A model generated the notes under the pieces. It was not told the origin of the DNA and ran no database searches. It worked only from the letters and a program-made list of their open reading frames with translations. From Mytilus californianus (lineage: Eukaryota), in the NCBI RefSeq assembly GCF_021869535.1, contig NW_026262604.1, positions 22,010,001 through 22,074,000 of the forward strand: a DNA stretch of 64,000 nucleotides, in the 5' to 3' direction. Numbering within the stretch: the first letter of the stretch is position 1; the number at the start of each line of letters is the position of its first letter. Of the stretch, positions 22,761-35,904 are shown piece after piece. The position numbers and the translations under genes are program-made.

Positions 22761-23999
22761 ATATACATTTTCAGACACTTTGATAAAATGAATGAATATA
22801 AAAGTAAGAAGATGTAGTATAAATGCTAATGAAAACAACTCTCTACCAGAGACCAAATGACATACACTTTAACAACTGTAGGTCACCGTACGGCCTTCAA
22901 CAATAAGTAAAACCCACACCGGTAGCGAAAAGAGGGTGTCTGGCGTTGATCATACAACATTCCTACCGTCGCTATAGGCTAGTACTTATTAAAAGTTTTC
23001 ATTTTCAAGTAGCAGTAACACAACGACATAATCAACTATTTTTTTACAGTTAGTTCTAATACTGAGCTGTTACACTACTGTCCAAGGATGGGGACTACGC
23101 CGCTGCTCCATACCGAATGATTTTATTATATTTAATAATCATTTGACACATTGTAAAATTGTACTGTATTTCGTATTTTTTTACCATTTTTGAATTGGTA
23201 CTAGAATAAAAGTCAGCACTTGATTATTTATCTCTTCTTAACCCAATAGACTACTTTCGAGTTCGTTGCATTTCCGTCAAAAAACTTTGGTTTTATTGAA
23301 CATCATTCGTGCGTTTTGGGGCGTCGTCACTTCCGTTCCTATATTGAGCGATTGGTTGAAAAAATGATAATGCTATATTGCAAGAATTATTCGACAAATT
23401 AAATTCTTATAATTGATATTCAGCACTGATACCATTAGGGAATTGTGATTAAGTAGTTACGGAATAAATATTATTTCTAGTTTATCCTGCATAATGACGA
23501 CCACAAAGATGCTTGATGAACGTTAATAGAGCAGGGATACAGGCGATCCCCTCTATCTGGTAAATGACGTCACAAAGGCGCAAAAAAAAATTGATGAACT
23601 TTTCCGGTGAAGGACATAACTCGAAAGTGGTCTATCACCTGGCTGAAACTGATAGGTCGAGCCAGCACATCAATGGTCGTAGTTGTTTCGTGTCACATTT
23701 GTTATATTAATTGGTTTGCTATAAATGAGGTCGTTAGTTATCTCGTTAATTTGTTTAACATTTTTTGTTATGTCGGGCTCTTTTAATAATGACTATACGG
23801 TATGGATTTTTCTTATGGTTTTAGGTCATACGGTAATCTATAATTGCTTACATCAACTTCATTTTATTTCTGGTGGATACCTATAGTTGTCTTATTGGCA
23901 ATAATACCAGGAAAATGTAATCTGAATAAAATAATGTCAGTTATTAGTAATCTGATGTAACGGTTTTCAAAACATAAACGAATATATCATTATTTTCTT

Positions 24000-24760
24000 A
24001 ACGTAAATGACATAAAAACAAGAACATGCTTTCGAGGAGAAGGATCGTTGCAATCAAAATAAAAAATCAAAAAGGGACAAACAACACTATTGGCTAAAGG
24101 AAATATGTAGAAAAGTCAAAACTGTCAACAATATTCGACACAGAAATGAAGGATTAAGCAACATGAACCTTACTAAAATCCGAGGATGAACTCAGAAACC
24201 ATACGAACCCAATGCGCTATGGGCTTTGCTTTGTTAATTTCTGAGACAGTTGGTCTCTTGTGGAGAGTTGTCTCATTGGAAATCATACCACATCTTCTTT
24301 TTTATATAAATTAACAAAAATTTTAATTGCGCTACATTTATCTCAGATCATTCCTTGTAAAGACTTCGCCTACTCCTTACTTCAAACGATATTCAAAATA
24401 ACAATGTGCCTACGATTCCTGCCTATTGCATTACATTTTTTCACTAAAATTTGGGCCACTTGAAATTGATAAAATCATTATGTACTAAAGTGACTTATGA
24501 ATTTCACACGAAAAACGTGAAGTCGTTAAAGGACAATAACCTTTCAAGTCACGTTCGCAATTATATTTTTATGAATGAAAAGTGGAACTAGTGAAAGCGC
24601 TAAAACAAACAAAATTCATTTTTTTTAATATATTATTCCTTTACGCATATTCGAATGCATGCGTTGATAGACTTTCTAATTCCCGAACTTTCTTTTGTTG
24701 GTGCATATTTTTTGTATGACGCCAAGTTTAACAGATATATTTTTTGCAACGTCAAAAAAT
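24000..24760. repeat. Orphan, internally deleted copy of the TRIM upstream module with no adjacent TRIM coding region on its downstream (left) side
   Basis: AACATGCTTTCGAGGAGAAGG...GTTGCAATCAAAAT matches 494-535; 24490-24660 matches ~2340-2470 and 18550-18680. Confidence 0.75.
24541..24600. promoter_or_regulatory. Conserved GTCACGT box plus IRF/ISRE-like element, copy 3
   Basis: CTTTCAAGTCACGTTCGCAA...GAATGAAAAGTGGAACTAGTGAAAGCG. Confidence 0.4.
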
Positions 24761-24920
24761 AAATCATAAGTGTAGAAACATTTTTTGAATATACAAACTA
24801 GAGATTTGTTTTGTTTTGTTTTTTTAATTTGGTCTGCAAATTAACATGTCATTCAGTAATAATAACCTCTTAATCAGTTTCGTTTAAATGCATAACTAAA
24901 TGACATTTTTTTAACATTAA

Positions 24921-25310
24921 GGATGTTCGCTACTCTGTTTCAAAATAACAAGCTTTTTAAAAGACTATTATAAATTGATAGTATATAAATAAAGGAACTG
25001 AAAAAGCAGAAAAAAATGTAGGGTCCGTGTGCTTGTTTTAGAGATATAAGCCATTGAAAATTTGGCGGGAAATAATTCTCTCTAGACTTTTCTTACATTT
25101 AACATTGGCACCCTTTTTCTTTCAAAAATTATGAAAAAATAACAAGGATTTTATAGGATTTTCAAATATGGCTTTTTAAACTATAAGTAATAAAATTATT
25201 AAAAGAAAAGTAGGGGTTAGCGGGGAAATTTTTTTAATGACACTACATGGATAAAACCAGAGGATTCCGAATATGTGGCAAAAATTCAAAAACAAGAGGA
25301 GCGAACATCC
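24921..25310. mobile_element. Complete 390-bp MITE with TTAA target-site duplication (Kolobok-like termini)
   Basis: TTAA|GGATGTTCGCT...AGCGAACATCC|TTAA. GG...CC ends with a TTAA duplication fit Kolobok better than piggyBac. Confidence 0.85.
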
Positions 25311-27409
25311 TTAAGAATACGTGGTATGATTGCCAATGAGACAACTAGCAAACAGAGACCAAATGACGTAAATGTAAAACATACTATATTCCTTCCCGTG
25401 CGCAAACCCAAAAAGTATAGTGTATTATTAATTAACTACATTTGATATGAACTGCATGTACAATACAAAAGTTTCAATTCGACCAAAACAGAAAAGGGCA
25501 GCCAATATTAATGTTTTGTTTTGTATTGGCCAAGTTCTGATCCAGCTAATTCTAGCTTTTGGAATGTCTCTGGTTTTTAGATCAAAATGCTATGATGAAC
25601 AATGTCTTGGTGTAAAATGTCGCCTGGAAGACGTTGTTTGATCTATTCACCAAAATCATGCCTAAATATGCAGTGTGGCAAAGATTCAAAGCAAAAGATG
25701 GTCGTATTCATTTAATCATGTTTAATAGAGCCTTTTGTAAGCAGACTTGATTTTTTCAGATTTGGTCAACGAGTCTGTAGTTCATTTTCATGTTGACCTC
25801 ATTAATTATTTCAATCCTTTTAATTAGGGATGCCAACTCGATGAAGATTTACTAATCGAGTACTCGTTAGATTTACCGAGTGGTACTCGAGTACTCGCTC
25901 GGAAAACATCTACAAAATGGAAACAAAAAATCATACCCATTTTACGTATTGTTGGTCGTTGTCTTATGGACGTAAAACCCTCAACATTATTACCTAGGAC
26001 TAGATAATAGTTCCAGGAATTTCATACCATAATTAATAGCTCATTTACTACATGCAATAATTATGTGAACTGGCAATACAATAATCAATTAATTAATAAA
26101 CATCTATAGAAAAATGTTTACTAAAAGAACAGTATTTGTGAATCGTAAAAAAACACATTCAATGATCAACAAAGGGGTGATGATTAGAACTTACTGATGA
26201 CTTTAACCATTCTCTGAGAGTATATATATATCTTTATTCTCACAAACCAAATTACAAAGTCGACATAGAGTGCAACGGATGTGTTCTTATTTAAAAATAT
26301 TATGTTTTCAACTTTTTTTGGGACGAGTCAATTTCTCTACTTTGATACGTAACTAACAGTCCTCCTGATGAAAATATTTGCTATGGCGGTAGAGTTGGTG
26401 GAATGACACGATAAGCAAAAAGTGTAAACCTTTGAAAGGTGACTTGTTCAAAGCCGACATCTGTTCGATAAAATTTTAAATGACAATCAAACGCAAACAT
26501 TCGAAGCATATTTTAATTTTGATTAATTCAAACCGGACCAGGCATAACAATTGTGTAAGGAAACACGGCGGCCTGTTATTGTTCACATCTTTGTTAGGAT
26601 GTATCATTGGCATCTCCTAATTTTTATTACTTTTTTGGTTTCTGCAACTCTGGAAAAAACGGAATAGTGACTAAAAAAAAGTGAAAAATCTTCAGTCTTA
26701 CGTTATTATTTCGCAGGAGTGTACACCGGACGACATATAAGACACCAACTGATTGTTCGTTACTGGTCGTTTTAACTTAACTGGATGTTTTTGTATTCTT
26801 ACTTGGTGTCTTTCTATGAGTAAGAGTATCGGTTTACTCTCTGATTTACGTTTAAGTGTTAAACGTCGAGTACCACATTTGTAAACATATCAGGTCGAAA
26901 ATATAATAATGTAATATGAATAGGAACTCTGCTTTGTACTAGAAAAAACACGCTGAACCGGATTCCAACGCGCTATTTCACAGTGTAAATAACAGTCCAC
27001 AAGAAGACATATCAAGCTACTTGGACATAATTACAGACAACAAGAATTTTCTCTTACATCTCATTGTCGTGTATCATGTGCATGAAGGAGCAACAAATCG
27101 AGCACACTACCACGAAACAGCCTTCCCGGTTACATAATTTAAAGATGTGATCACATATTAACAAGCACATCTGATGTATGTTATTTTTGTTTGCCAAGTG
27201 TTTTCCGTGATATATGTTATATATGTACATAAGAAGCAATATGAAACGTTTGAACATTTAATTTTGTATCAAAAATTGACTTTATTTTACTTATAATACA
27301 TTTGGATTGATGAGTCGAGAGCTTCAAGAATATTCTAGGTTTTCATTATTTACAGAATAACAATAAAAATCAAAAGTATTCTTTAAATGTTAATTTTGCG
27401 AAATTATAA

Positions 27410-29479
27410 TTAGGTAATTTCTGCAACAACAACTTTCCCGGACGAATTTGAAGTAACCAGGAATTTATTACTGTTTTGTTTGAACCTTATAACCCATGGA
27501 TCCACCGTTCCTAGGTCTTTGCAGGCGATTATTCTGATTAGTTCCCCTGATGGTGAGATTTGATGTATATTGTTTGTATCTTTTGAACAAACGTAAATGT
27601 TTCCATGGAAATCTGCATCAATTCCTCTTGGATGAGACAACTTTTGGCTTTTGTAAGTAAATATAATTGAACAATCTTCCAAGCAAGATACGCTGGTCAA
27701 TCCATCGGCATAAACATAACTGTTGCTTTTATATGAGCAAATAAATAAAGATGCAAGACCAAGTGTTTCTGATGCTTTTATTTTCTCACCGTTTGTTGCA
27801 TTTAACCAAACAATACTGTTATGATATGCAGCTACGAACTGGTCATCAACATTAAAGTAACGCAAGCCATAAAGTCCGAATTTCAATTTAATTTTTCGTC
27901 CAATGGTCATTGTTTGCATATTTATCAAAATTATTTCTCTTGAACCTGGAGCTGATACTGCTATCTCATCTCCTCGAAAATTTTCGATATCATAACATCC
28001 ATTGTCTAACTGAACATAGCTTTGAAATATACCACTATGACTAAATTTGAGTACTTTTTTTGTTTTATTATTTGATACGAAAATATATTCTTTGGTAAAT
28101 ATTCCACTCACTGAATAATTTGTGCTTTCTTCAGCGTCTAAAATGAATAATGTTTTGACATTCCCGGTACGAAAATTTACTTCTGTCACATTTTTAACTG
28201 AATCGATTGGAGAAGCGTGTCGTGACTCCGACTTGGTACTTAGTTTTGGATTTACTATGCTAGTCTCACCTAGATATTTGAGGTTTTCCTGAAAATTTTC
28301 TACGACAAGGTCTCGGTCTAAATTAATTGAACTCCCATAAAAGTCTTGAATTGTATCAGTGCTAATTTCACCAAGAGATGTTACGTTTTCGGGAAACTTT
28401 TCTAAAATACGGTTCCTTTTGAAACTAAGTGAACTTTCATCAATATTTGATGTAGCATTATTCATTTTCGTTTCAAGTTTTTCTTTTATAGGAATCAACT
28501 TGTTGAACTCAATCAAACACTGAACGTCTGTCCCGTCATTGATACATGTTCTTAAAATCTTGTGCCAGTTATTAACGGTAGACTTTTAGCTCGATATTTC
28601 AGTTATTCTGTCTGTAAGGTCTGTTACTATGCCCTTCTTTTTTATAGCCAACTCTTCTTTTGCGACTTTTTCAAGCTCATTGACGCGTTCGATTATATCT
28701 TTCTTCAAGTTTTCAATTTCTGAATAAATATTGTTACCCAAAATGTCAACGCTACACACATGTTTTTGTACGTCTTGCATTGTTTTATCAAGCAATGTTT
28801 TCCAGCGCACCATCAGCTCCACAAATGCAGTCGTCTGCTTTGATTCTTTAATACCAGCTGCCGCTTCTATTATAACCACCTTTTCGCATTTACGATGTTT
28901 GACAGTTGCGCATACAGTGCAGCAAGGTTTACCATGATCAACACAAAAAATCTCGACAAATTTATCCAAATGGTCTTCACATGTTATAATTCCAGAAACA
29001 GATGCAGTCATGTCTTTTTGTAACTCTTGCAACGTAAGAATTTTATGGCGGGAAGACATTTTAAACTTACGGTGGCAGTTTTCACAAGAAAAACAAAGTG
29101 CTTCCTGACAGACAGTACACCATGACACAGCCTTCTGCTTTACATTGCTCAGTTCACATGCGTTGCATAATTTTTCTAACTTCTGTATTGCTTGTCGATC
29201 AAACATCGATATAATCAAATGATTGTTCGGAAGCGCCTCTGCCCAAATTTCTGGATTACTCGAATGTTCCCCAATAGTCACAGATGTTCGACAAACTGGA
29301 CATGTAAATCCCTTATTGTTGCTCTCCTTAGAAACGAATGACTGGATATATGTATGAATACATAACTTACAAAACGTATGAAGACATGGTAAATATTTTG
29401 GATCTTTAAAAGTTTCTAGGCAAATACTGCAAGTCAATATGTCTTCTTCTTCTTTGACATTAAATGATTTAGTCGCCAT
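27410..29479 (-). pseudogene. Full-length TRIM paralogue (689 codons) with one premature TAA; pseudogene or nonsense allele
   Basis: ATG at 29479 (MATKSFNVKEEE). The ORFs 28586-29572 and 27410-28516 are in the same frame and separated only by TAA at 28586-28588, where the 704-aa paralogue has TTA (Leu in SSLKSTV). All domains are otherwise intact. Confidence 0.9.
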
Positions 29480-32400
29480 TTTGCCACATTTGAACTTCCT
29501 AGTGAATGATATATCTATTTTTATTTTATATTTATATACTAGTATCCATTTATTGAACTTTAAACGTGGCAAATCATGTGTTTAGTTTAATCGTTTTATT
29601 CGGACGGTCCAAGTGGTCTTTTCGTATCCAGATATTTTTAGTATTTTTTCTTTCGAAAACTCACAATAAATCAATGAAAATAACGGGTAAAGTAAGACAA
29701 AACAGTGATTATAAAGGTTTCTTATTAGAAAAGAACAAATTTAAGAGGGTTTCTTTATTTGGGTAGAAATGTGGTATCCGATGCCATATGACGATGAAAC
29801 ACGGACGCTAAGATACAGAATTTGGAGGTTTTTGTTCTAGATGTTATGTATCATACTTAATACTACTATAATTGTCTTACCTTGTTTAAAGTTTTGTGCG
29901 ATGAACATCAACTTAATGAGAACGATAAAAACAAGCTGCTTTCTTTAAAAAAAGAAAAGCAATACGTGAACCTAAGTACGCTGACTGCCGGGTCACCAAA
30001 AGATTGTTGCTGAATTTGTGTTTGCTTTTGAAAGTGTACATTTACATCTACTATTTGAATATACATTTTAAAGCTAGACTATTTTATTTAGTACTTGGGA
30101 ATGTACATAATTTTCCCGATGATAACCCTTTTGCAAATCCCAATTTCTAGAAACCGGATGACTTATGCAAATTGCACAAACCAATCGCAATATAAATTTA
30201 TGCACTTAGTATGCTTTATAATCTGGAATTCTGCATGCATTTATTTTATCTATCATATCTTTATATTTTGCTTCCTACATGGACCTTCATGTTCTCAACT
30301 TTTTATTGAAGCTGTCTGTACTCATGATAGATGTTAGTTGTATAGATAAATCTAAAGTCCAATTTCCATATGCAATGAAACCTGTTGCATGCAACTGATT
30401 GGGACATCTTATAAAGAGACTTTTTTTGGTCTAATAAAACATCTCAAATTTTAAGGATTTCCTAATTTTACTTAAATCAAATTCAAATATTCTACAGGGA
30501 AACTTGATTTTGCCGAAGAATATCTTAATTCAGAATTTTATGAATACATGTACATACCCTCAAAATAACCAATTTATATAAAAAGGTATGTAGATATAAA
30601 AAAAATACCAGAATTAAAATGATGTTCGCCAGACGCCAGTCTACAAAAAAGCATCAGTGACACTCGAATGAAAAAAGTTAAAAGGCCAAATTTTATTATA
30701 GGACAGTGACTCAAAAAAGAAAAAAAAGAGAAACAGCTATAGGTCAAAATACCGTAAGTAATGATGACCGTGAATGAAAGTCACATGTCAATCTCTTACA
30801 GCCGTGTCCTAAATTTAGATAAGAAAAACGAAAATGCGCATTCAAGAGTGAAATTAGTATGATTGGAATTTTTGAGAACGCAAACCGATAGTGTGCGTTT
30901 GAAATGTGATCTATAATGTGAATGAATCCAGACGTATAGGATAGTTGGGCAACACAGTGAATATAATTTTCAAAACCGTACCATAGTACAGATATGTAGA
31001 TGTTATAAGGCTAAACTATTAAAACAAACAAACAAAAATAGAATTGAAATTTTATAATAAACATACGTTCCTGTTAGTTATTTTGTCCGAAAAATTTTAA
31101 TATATATACATGTAGTATCAATAAACACAAACGTCAAGTATTTACGGACGGACATTTTATTTATCAAATGAATCTATTTTTAAATCCTACCATTCCACTA
31201 TATGAATAGATTACTATACAAAATATAAGCAAAGATTTATAAACCCATACTAAAACAGTACAAAAAAATTAACATTATGATAGTACTTAATTAGATTTTG
31301 TTATGATTATTGTAAATTATTATTACGTTTTTTTGTGAGCTGCAAGGATTTAAAATCTTTGTGAATTAAAAACACACAAGTATTTTTATTCACGACCGTT
31401 TAAACTTTAAATATTTAATTAATTTATCTTACTTTCCGTTTTATGGATATATTACGATACAAAAAAATAAATAACAATTACTTATAAAACCTTACTAAAA
31501 CGGTAGGAAATAATTAATGTAGAAATATAATTATTATGGATTATCAACATTTATTTTTGTATGATGCAAGGATTTATTCAGATTTAATTATTATGCAAAT
31601 ACCAAAGCAGAGTATCTTGTCATATAAATACTTATTTCTTAATTGCAACTCTGAAAATATTCTGACTTCAATTTAATATTTAGTTTCTACAGAAACATAA
31701 ATACAGTATATTTTTGGTATATATTTCTTTGATTTCTATTGAATTAATTAAATTGAATACTTTTGATAATAATATTATCTTTCTGTTTTCCGATCTAATA
31801 TACATATTTAAACCAGAATGTTCTCTCCTTAGTATATGATGAAAAAACACACGTGGTTAAATCTTCAGACATAATTAGTTTACATGTTATCATGACAATG
31901 CACAATACCACGTTATAATTGACCTAGATACACACAGTGTACAGGGGTCTTTTAAAACAAATATAATTGCGTTGTCATAATACTTGTTTAGAAACTTTCA
32001 CATCAAAGCGCTTATAAACATTCACATTATTAAAAACACATATGTTTTGTGAAAAGGCAAAAAGGTTCTTGTATTTAAACGATTTATTGACTGCAACCTA
32101 GCCTTATTGTTTACTTTCCAATTTACTTTGATGGTGTAATGTCATGTGGTAGCCCTAGCCATAGAGGGACCGTATCAAAGACGTAGATAACTACCTGTAT
32201 AAATGATCGAAAACTTTCGAGACGTTCCGAGAATTTTATTCCGACTTCCGGCCGAGATATATCGAGTGGCCCATAGAAACATCCAAAACTCGCCAATATA
32301 TAAGCGTGAACCCCTCAGGGGATTCACGCAAAAATTACTCTACTGGATTTTAACGGTGCCGAAAAAAGCGATTAGACGAATGGCGAATAGACGATTTTGT

Positions 32401-34113
32401 TTATTTTACGATTCATGATAAAGTCAATTTCTAGCCTTTTTGATAGGACTAAACATTATGTAATGTTTTCATTTTCCCGTATCAGAAAAACAATAACATT
32501 AATTAAAATTGAATATTAAGGATGTTCGCTGCTTTGTTTAAAAAAAAGCTTTTTAAAAGTCTGTTGTAAATTGATAGTATATAAATACTAGTAACGGAAA
32601 TAAAGAGAATAGAAGAAATGAAAAGCCTGTTAGCCTGCTGAAAACTTTGGCGGGAAATGATTATCTCTTATACTTTTCATACATTTAAATTTGACACCTT
32701 TTTTCTACGAAAAACTTTACAGCAATATGTTAATTTAATGTAACAAAGTGAAAGATATGTGACAAAATTGTGGGTAACATAAAACAATATTTTCCAAAAT
32801 TATCGAGTCAGAATAACAGAAACATACATATAGCTACTGGAGGAGGTTCGTAGTAACCAAAAATATAAAGAAATAACCCTCAAAACCAAACAATCTTGAG
32901 TTTTGAGAAACAAGAACCCTACAAATTAAATTTCGGTTATAATTTCAGGGAAAAATCGATATCAGCGATGAATAATGTTTAAAACTTGAACATGGGGAAG
33001 ATTGCAACTTTCACATAAAAGTGCACTGTTCCAAAACCTTAAGAACCTAAGACATAAGTTTTAAATTAAAACCGATATATTTGTGTGTGATGCTATACGA
33101 ATGATTAATTTAACATGATAATCATTTTCAACGAAAGGTGCTTTGTCATTCCAAGGACAATGATCTCTCTAGTCACGTCCGCAAATATTTTTTTTTAAAC
33201 TAATACAATCATTTGTTTTTAATTAGAAAAGCTTTCATCACTATATCTATTATAAATTATTGTGAGTTAATGTCCTGGTCTTGTTTAAATTAAGTTCAAA
33301 ACATATTCCATTAGAATAGCCGTTCGTCTTTACTATGATTTGATAAAACAGGTTTCCAGTCTAAAATTAAGTTCTGCACAAACGTGTAGGCATTGTGGAT
33401 ATAACAAAAAGTGCTTTCAGAACTTACAGACCATTCCTTTAACAGAAAACAACGTTTAACGGATAATGTCTAAAATTGCCGTTTTTTTTTTTATTCTTTA
33501 ACAAGTTAAAACGACTTGATATATCTATGCATGTGAAATAAGATGTATTTGCTACTGGCTAAGCAAGCAAAGATCAATTCCATAAAAAAATATCAAATCA
33601 AGCACAATTGTAAATTTCAAGTCTTATAACAAATAATTTATGATACGTTGTTTGTAAGATTTATGAACTACATTACTAAACGTTCGAACTAATAGGGCTA
33701 AATGTAATAAATGTAGCATTGTACCTTAAAGTTTTTTCATACAGTAGTCTGTTCATCTGTTCTTCCATAACCCCGCTAATAACAGTCAGTTAAGAGAAAT
33801 TAGCTCGTATACTGTTTGAAAATTTGTTTTTCTTTATTTCTTTTCAGTGTTAATGGAGTGTATGAAAATTACCGATGTTCCAGACTCGAAATGTTTTTGG
33901 AATGTAAACAAAGCATAACTACATCATTACTGTTAAGGATCTGGCCTACACATTTTCTGTCTGCATACCGTTTTTATTTCTATTTTTTCACATAAGCTTG
34001 GACCAATTAAAATCGACAAAATCAATGTGTATGCTGTTAAAGTGACGTATGATTAACTTACAATTTATAATCAATTTCACACGGAAAACGTGAAGTCAGT
34101 CAAGGTCAATGAC

Positions 34114-34173
34114 CTTTCAAGTCACGTTCGCAATTAATTTTGTATGAATGAAAAGTGAAATTAATGAAAGCGC
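34114..34173. promoter_or_regulatory. Conserved GTCACGT box plus IRF/ISRE-like element, copy 4
   Basis: CTTTCAAGTCACGTTCGCAA...GAATGAAAAGTGAAATTAATGAAAGCG, ~4.7 kb upstream of the ATG at 29479. Confidence 0.5.
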
Positions 34174-35904
34174 TTAAAAGTCAATATTTAATATATTATT
34201 CAAATGTATTCATTGATTGACTTTCCCATTTCCAATATAGATATTTCTAGTTAGCAAACATATTTTTTAGAACATGGAAAAGTGCATAAGTGTATCAGTA
34301 TTATGTGATAATACAACTTAGAGCTGCACTTTCGGTCTGCCATTAGAAATGTTTTACTGTTTCGTTTACAGAAAAAAAGACAAAATACACAAAGTCCGTC
34401 TGAAAATACCATTGAGAATTTCTTCATTGTCTAATGACTGATGAACACATTGTACTTTTCGATATAATTTTCTTGAATTCTGATCTCACTTACCCTATTC
34501 TTTTAATTTTCTATGGACAAGTTATAAACCAGACAGTCGTAGTTTTTAGTACAAATCATGGTTTGTAAAAAATCAAATGTCGATATGGTCTTGCTCGTTT
34601 CGGAGGAAAATCTGTTTCGTTTTTGTGGATCAGAACTCTTACCAAGGAAACAAATTATACCGGACCAATCACAGTAAAGTATGTGTAGGTATTTTTGCAA
34701 ATCATATAACTTTATACTTTATCGCTAAACATTCAATATAAACTAGTACTTGGTTCACAAATAACACCATCTGTATTGATATGCAGTCTTGAGATATAAC
34801 TTTTAAACATGAACAATTTTGATGATGAAAAATTGCACTAAAATGTATGATTTACTGAATTTATGGTTGCTTTTTTCATTTTCAAGTTTTTCTTCCTCGG
34901 TGGAAGGTAGGTGTCTGTGAATGTGAAGTTAACCCAACATATCTAAAATGTGAAGAGAATAAACAGGGAACAATACAAAATCACAAGTCACAGAACATTG
35001 ACAACTTCATAAATTATAAACAATATGCTTTCCTATTTTCAAACATATACATGTATTACATTAGCCAGATTAAGCGTATCTTATTTGAACGTTTTTCTGT
35101 CAATGATTTTCAAGTTCCTGATTAAGTTGTCTACATGATACTCATTAGTTGCACTCAAATCCAAATTAAGCATGTTACGTTACGCTCTGTCTTGTTATGT
35201 AGTATATGCGATATTACATCCCAGCTCCTTTGTTCTACCAGGGCTGATCTGAGCCGGATCATCAATACCAGATCACCCCATCTTGCGTTTCTTTGTTTTG
35301 CATGCTTTCCTTTGAAACATTTTGGCGGGAATGCCTAATCCACAATAAAACTTAGAAATATTTATTGAGAAAAGACACACTTTCAAAATTTATGTAGAAA
35401 AAATCCATTGTCTATGTTGGGATTCGAACTCAAGACCTTTGGCATATCAACCCACGACACATACCTGTACACCAGGACGACTGGATACCAACTCTCAGTA
35501 TTTTAACATATTTAAAGTAAGCAATATATTTTCATAAGTGGGGCGAGTTGAAAGACCTTTATTCAGTGGGATTTTAACCCTTTTCATAAATAAGACGAGT
35601 TGTCAGACTGATTGTTCAATGGGATTTTATCCTTTTTCATAAGTGGGGCGAGTTGGTAAACAAGAGTGGGGCGATTTTTATGAAAGTGGCGATTTAGTGT
35701 GGGCCGATTGGCCAGTGGGGCGAGTTGACATGGTTTCATATCTAAACATCGTGTTCGGGGGGTCATAAAGGGTATATATTATATAATAATATATAAAGTA
35801 TATTATAATGATTGTGTGGCGTTCTAAAATAGATTTTATGAATTGTAAATGGTTTTTCGTCTAATCTCTAACAGCTGGGATGTAAAATAGTTATCCCATT
35901 CGGA

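Noticed and set aside
29480-29572. N-terminal extension MPRLKFNK... of the 328-aa ORF
   Set aside because: The paralogues start at the MAT codon (29479). The upstream part is AT-rich flank beyond the conserved AG/Inr junction.
32300-32335. GC hairpin GCGTGAACCCCTCAGGGGATTCACGC resembling a Helitron 3' end
   Set aside because: It marks the end of an insertion, but no CTRR terminus follows within the inserted DNA and no 5' TC end could be defined. Left unclassified.
35410-35475. tRNA-like sequence on the minus strand (B box GTTCGAATC)
   Set aside because: It has no acceptor stem or cloverleaf; best read as a SINE head fragment.
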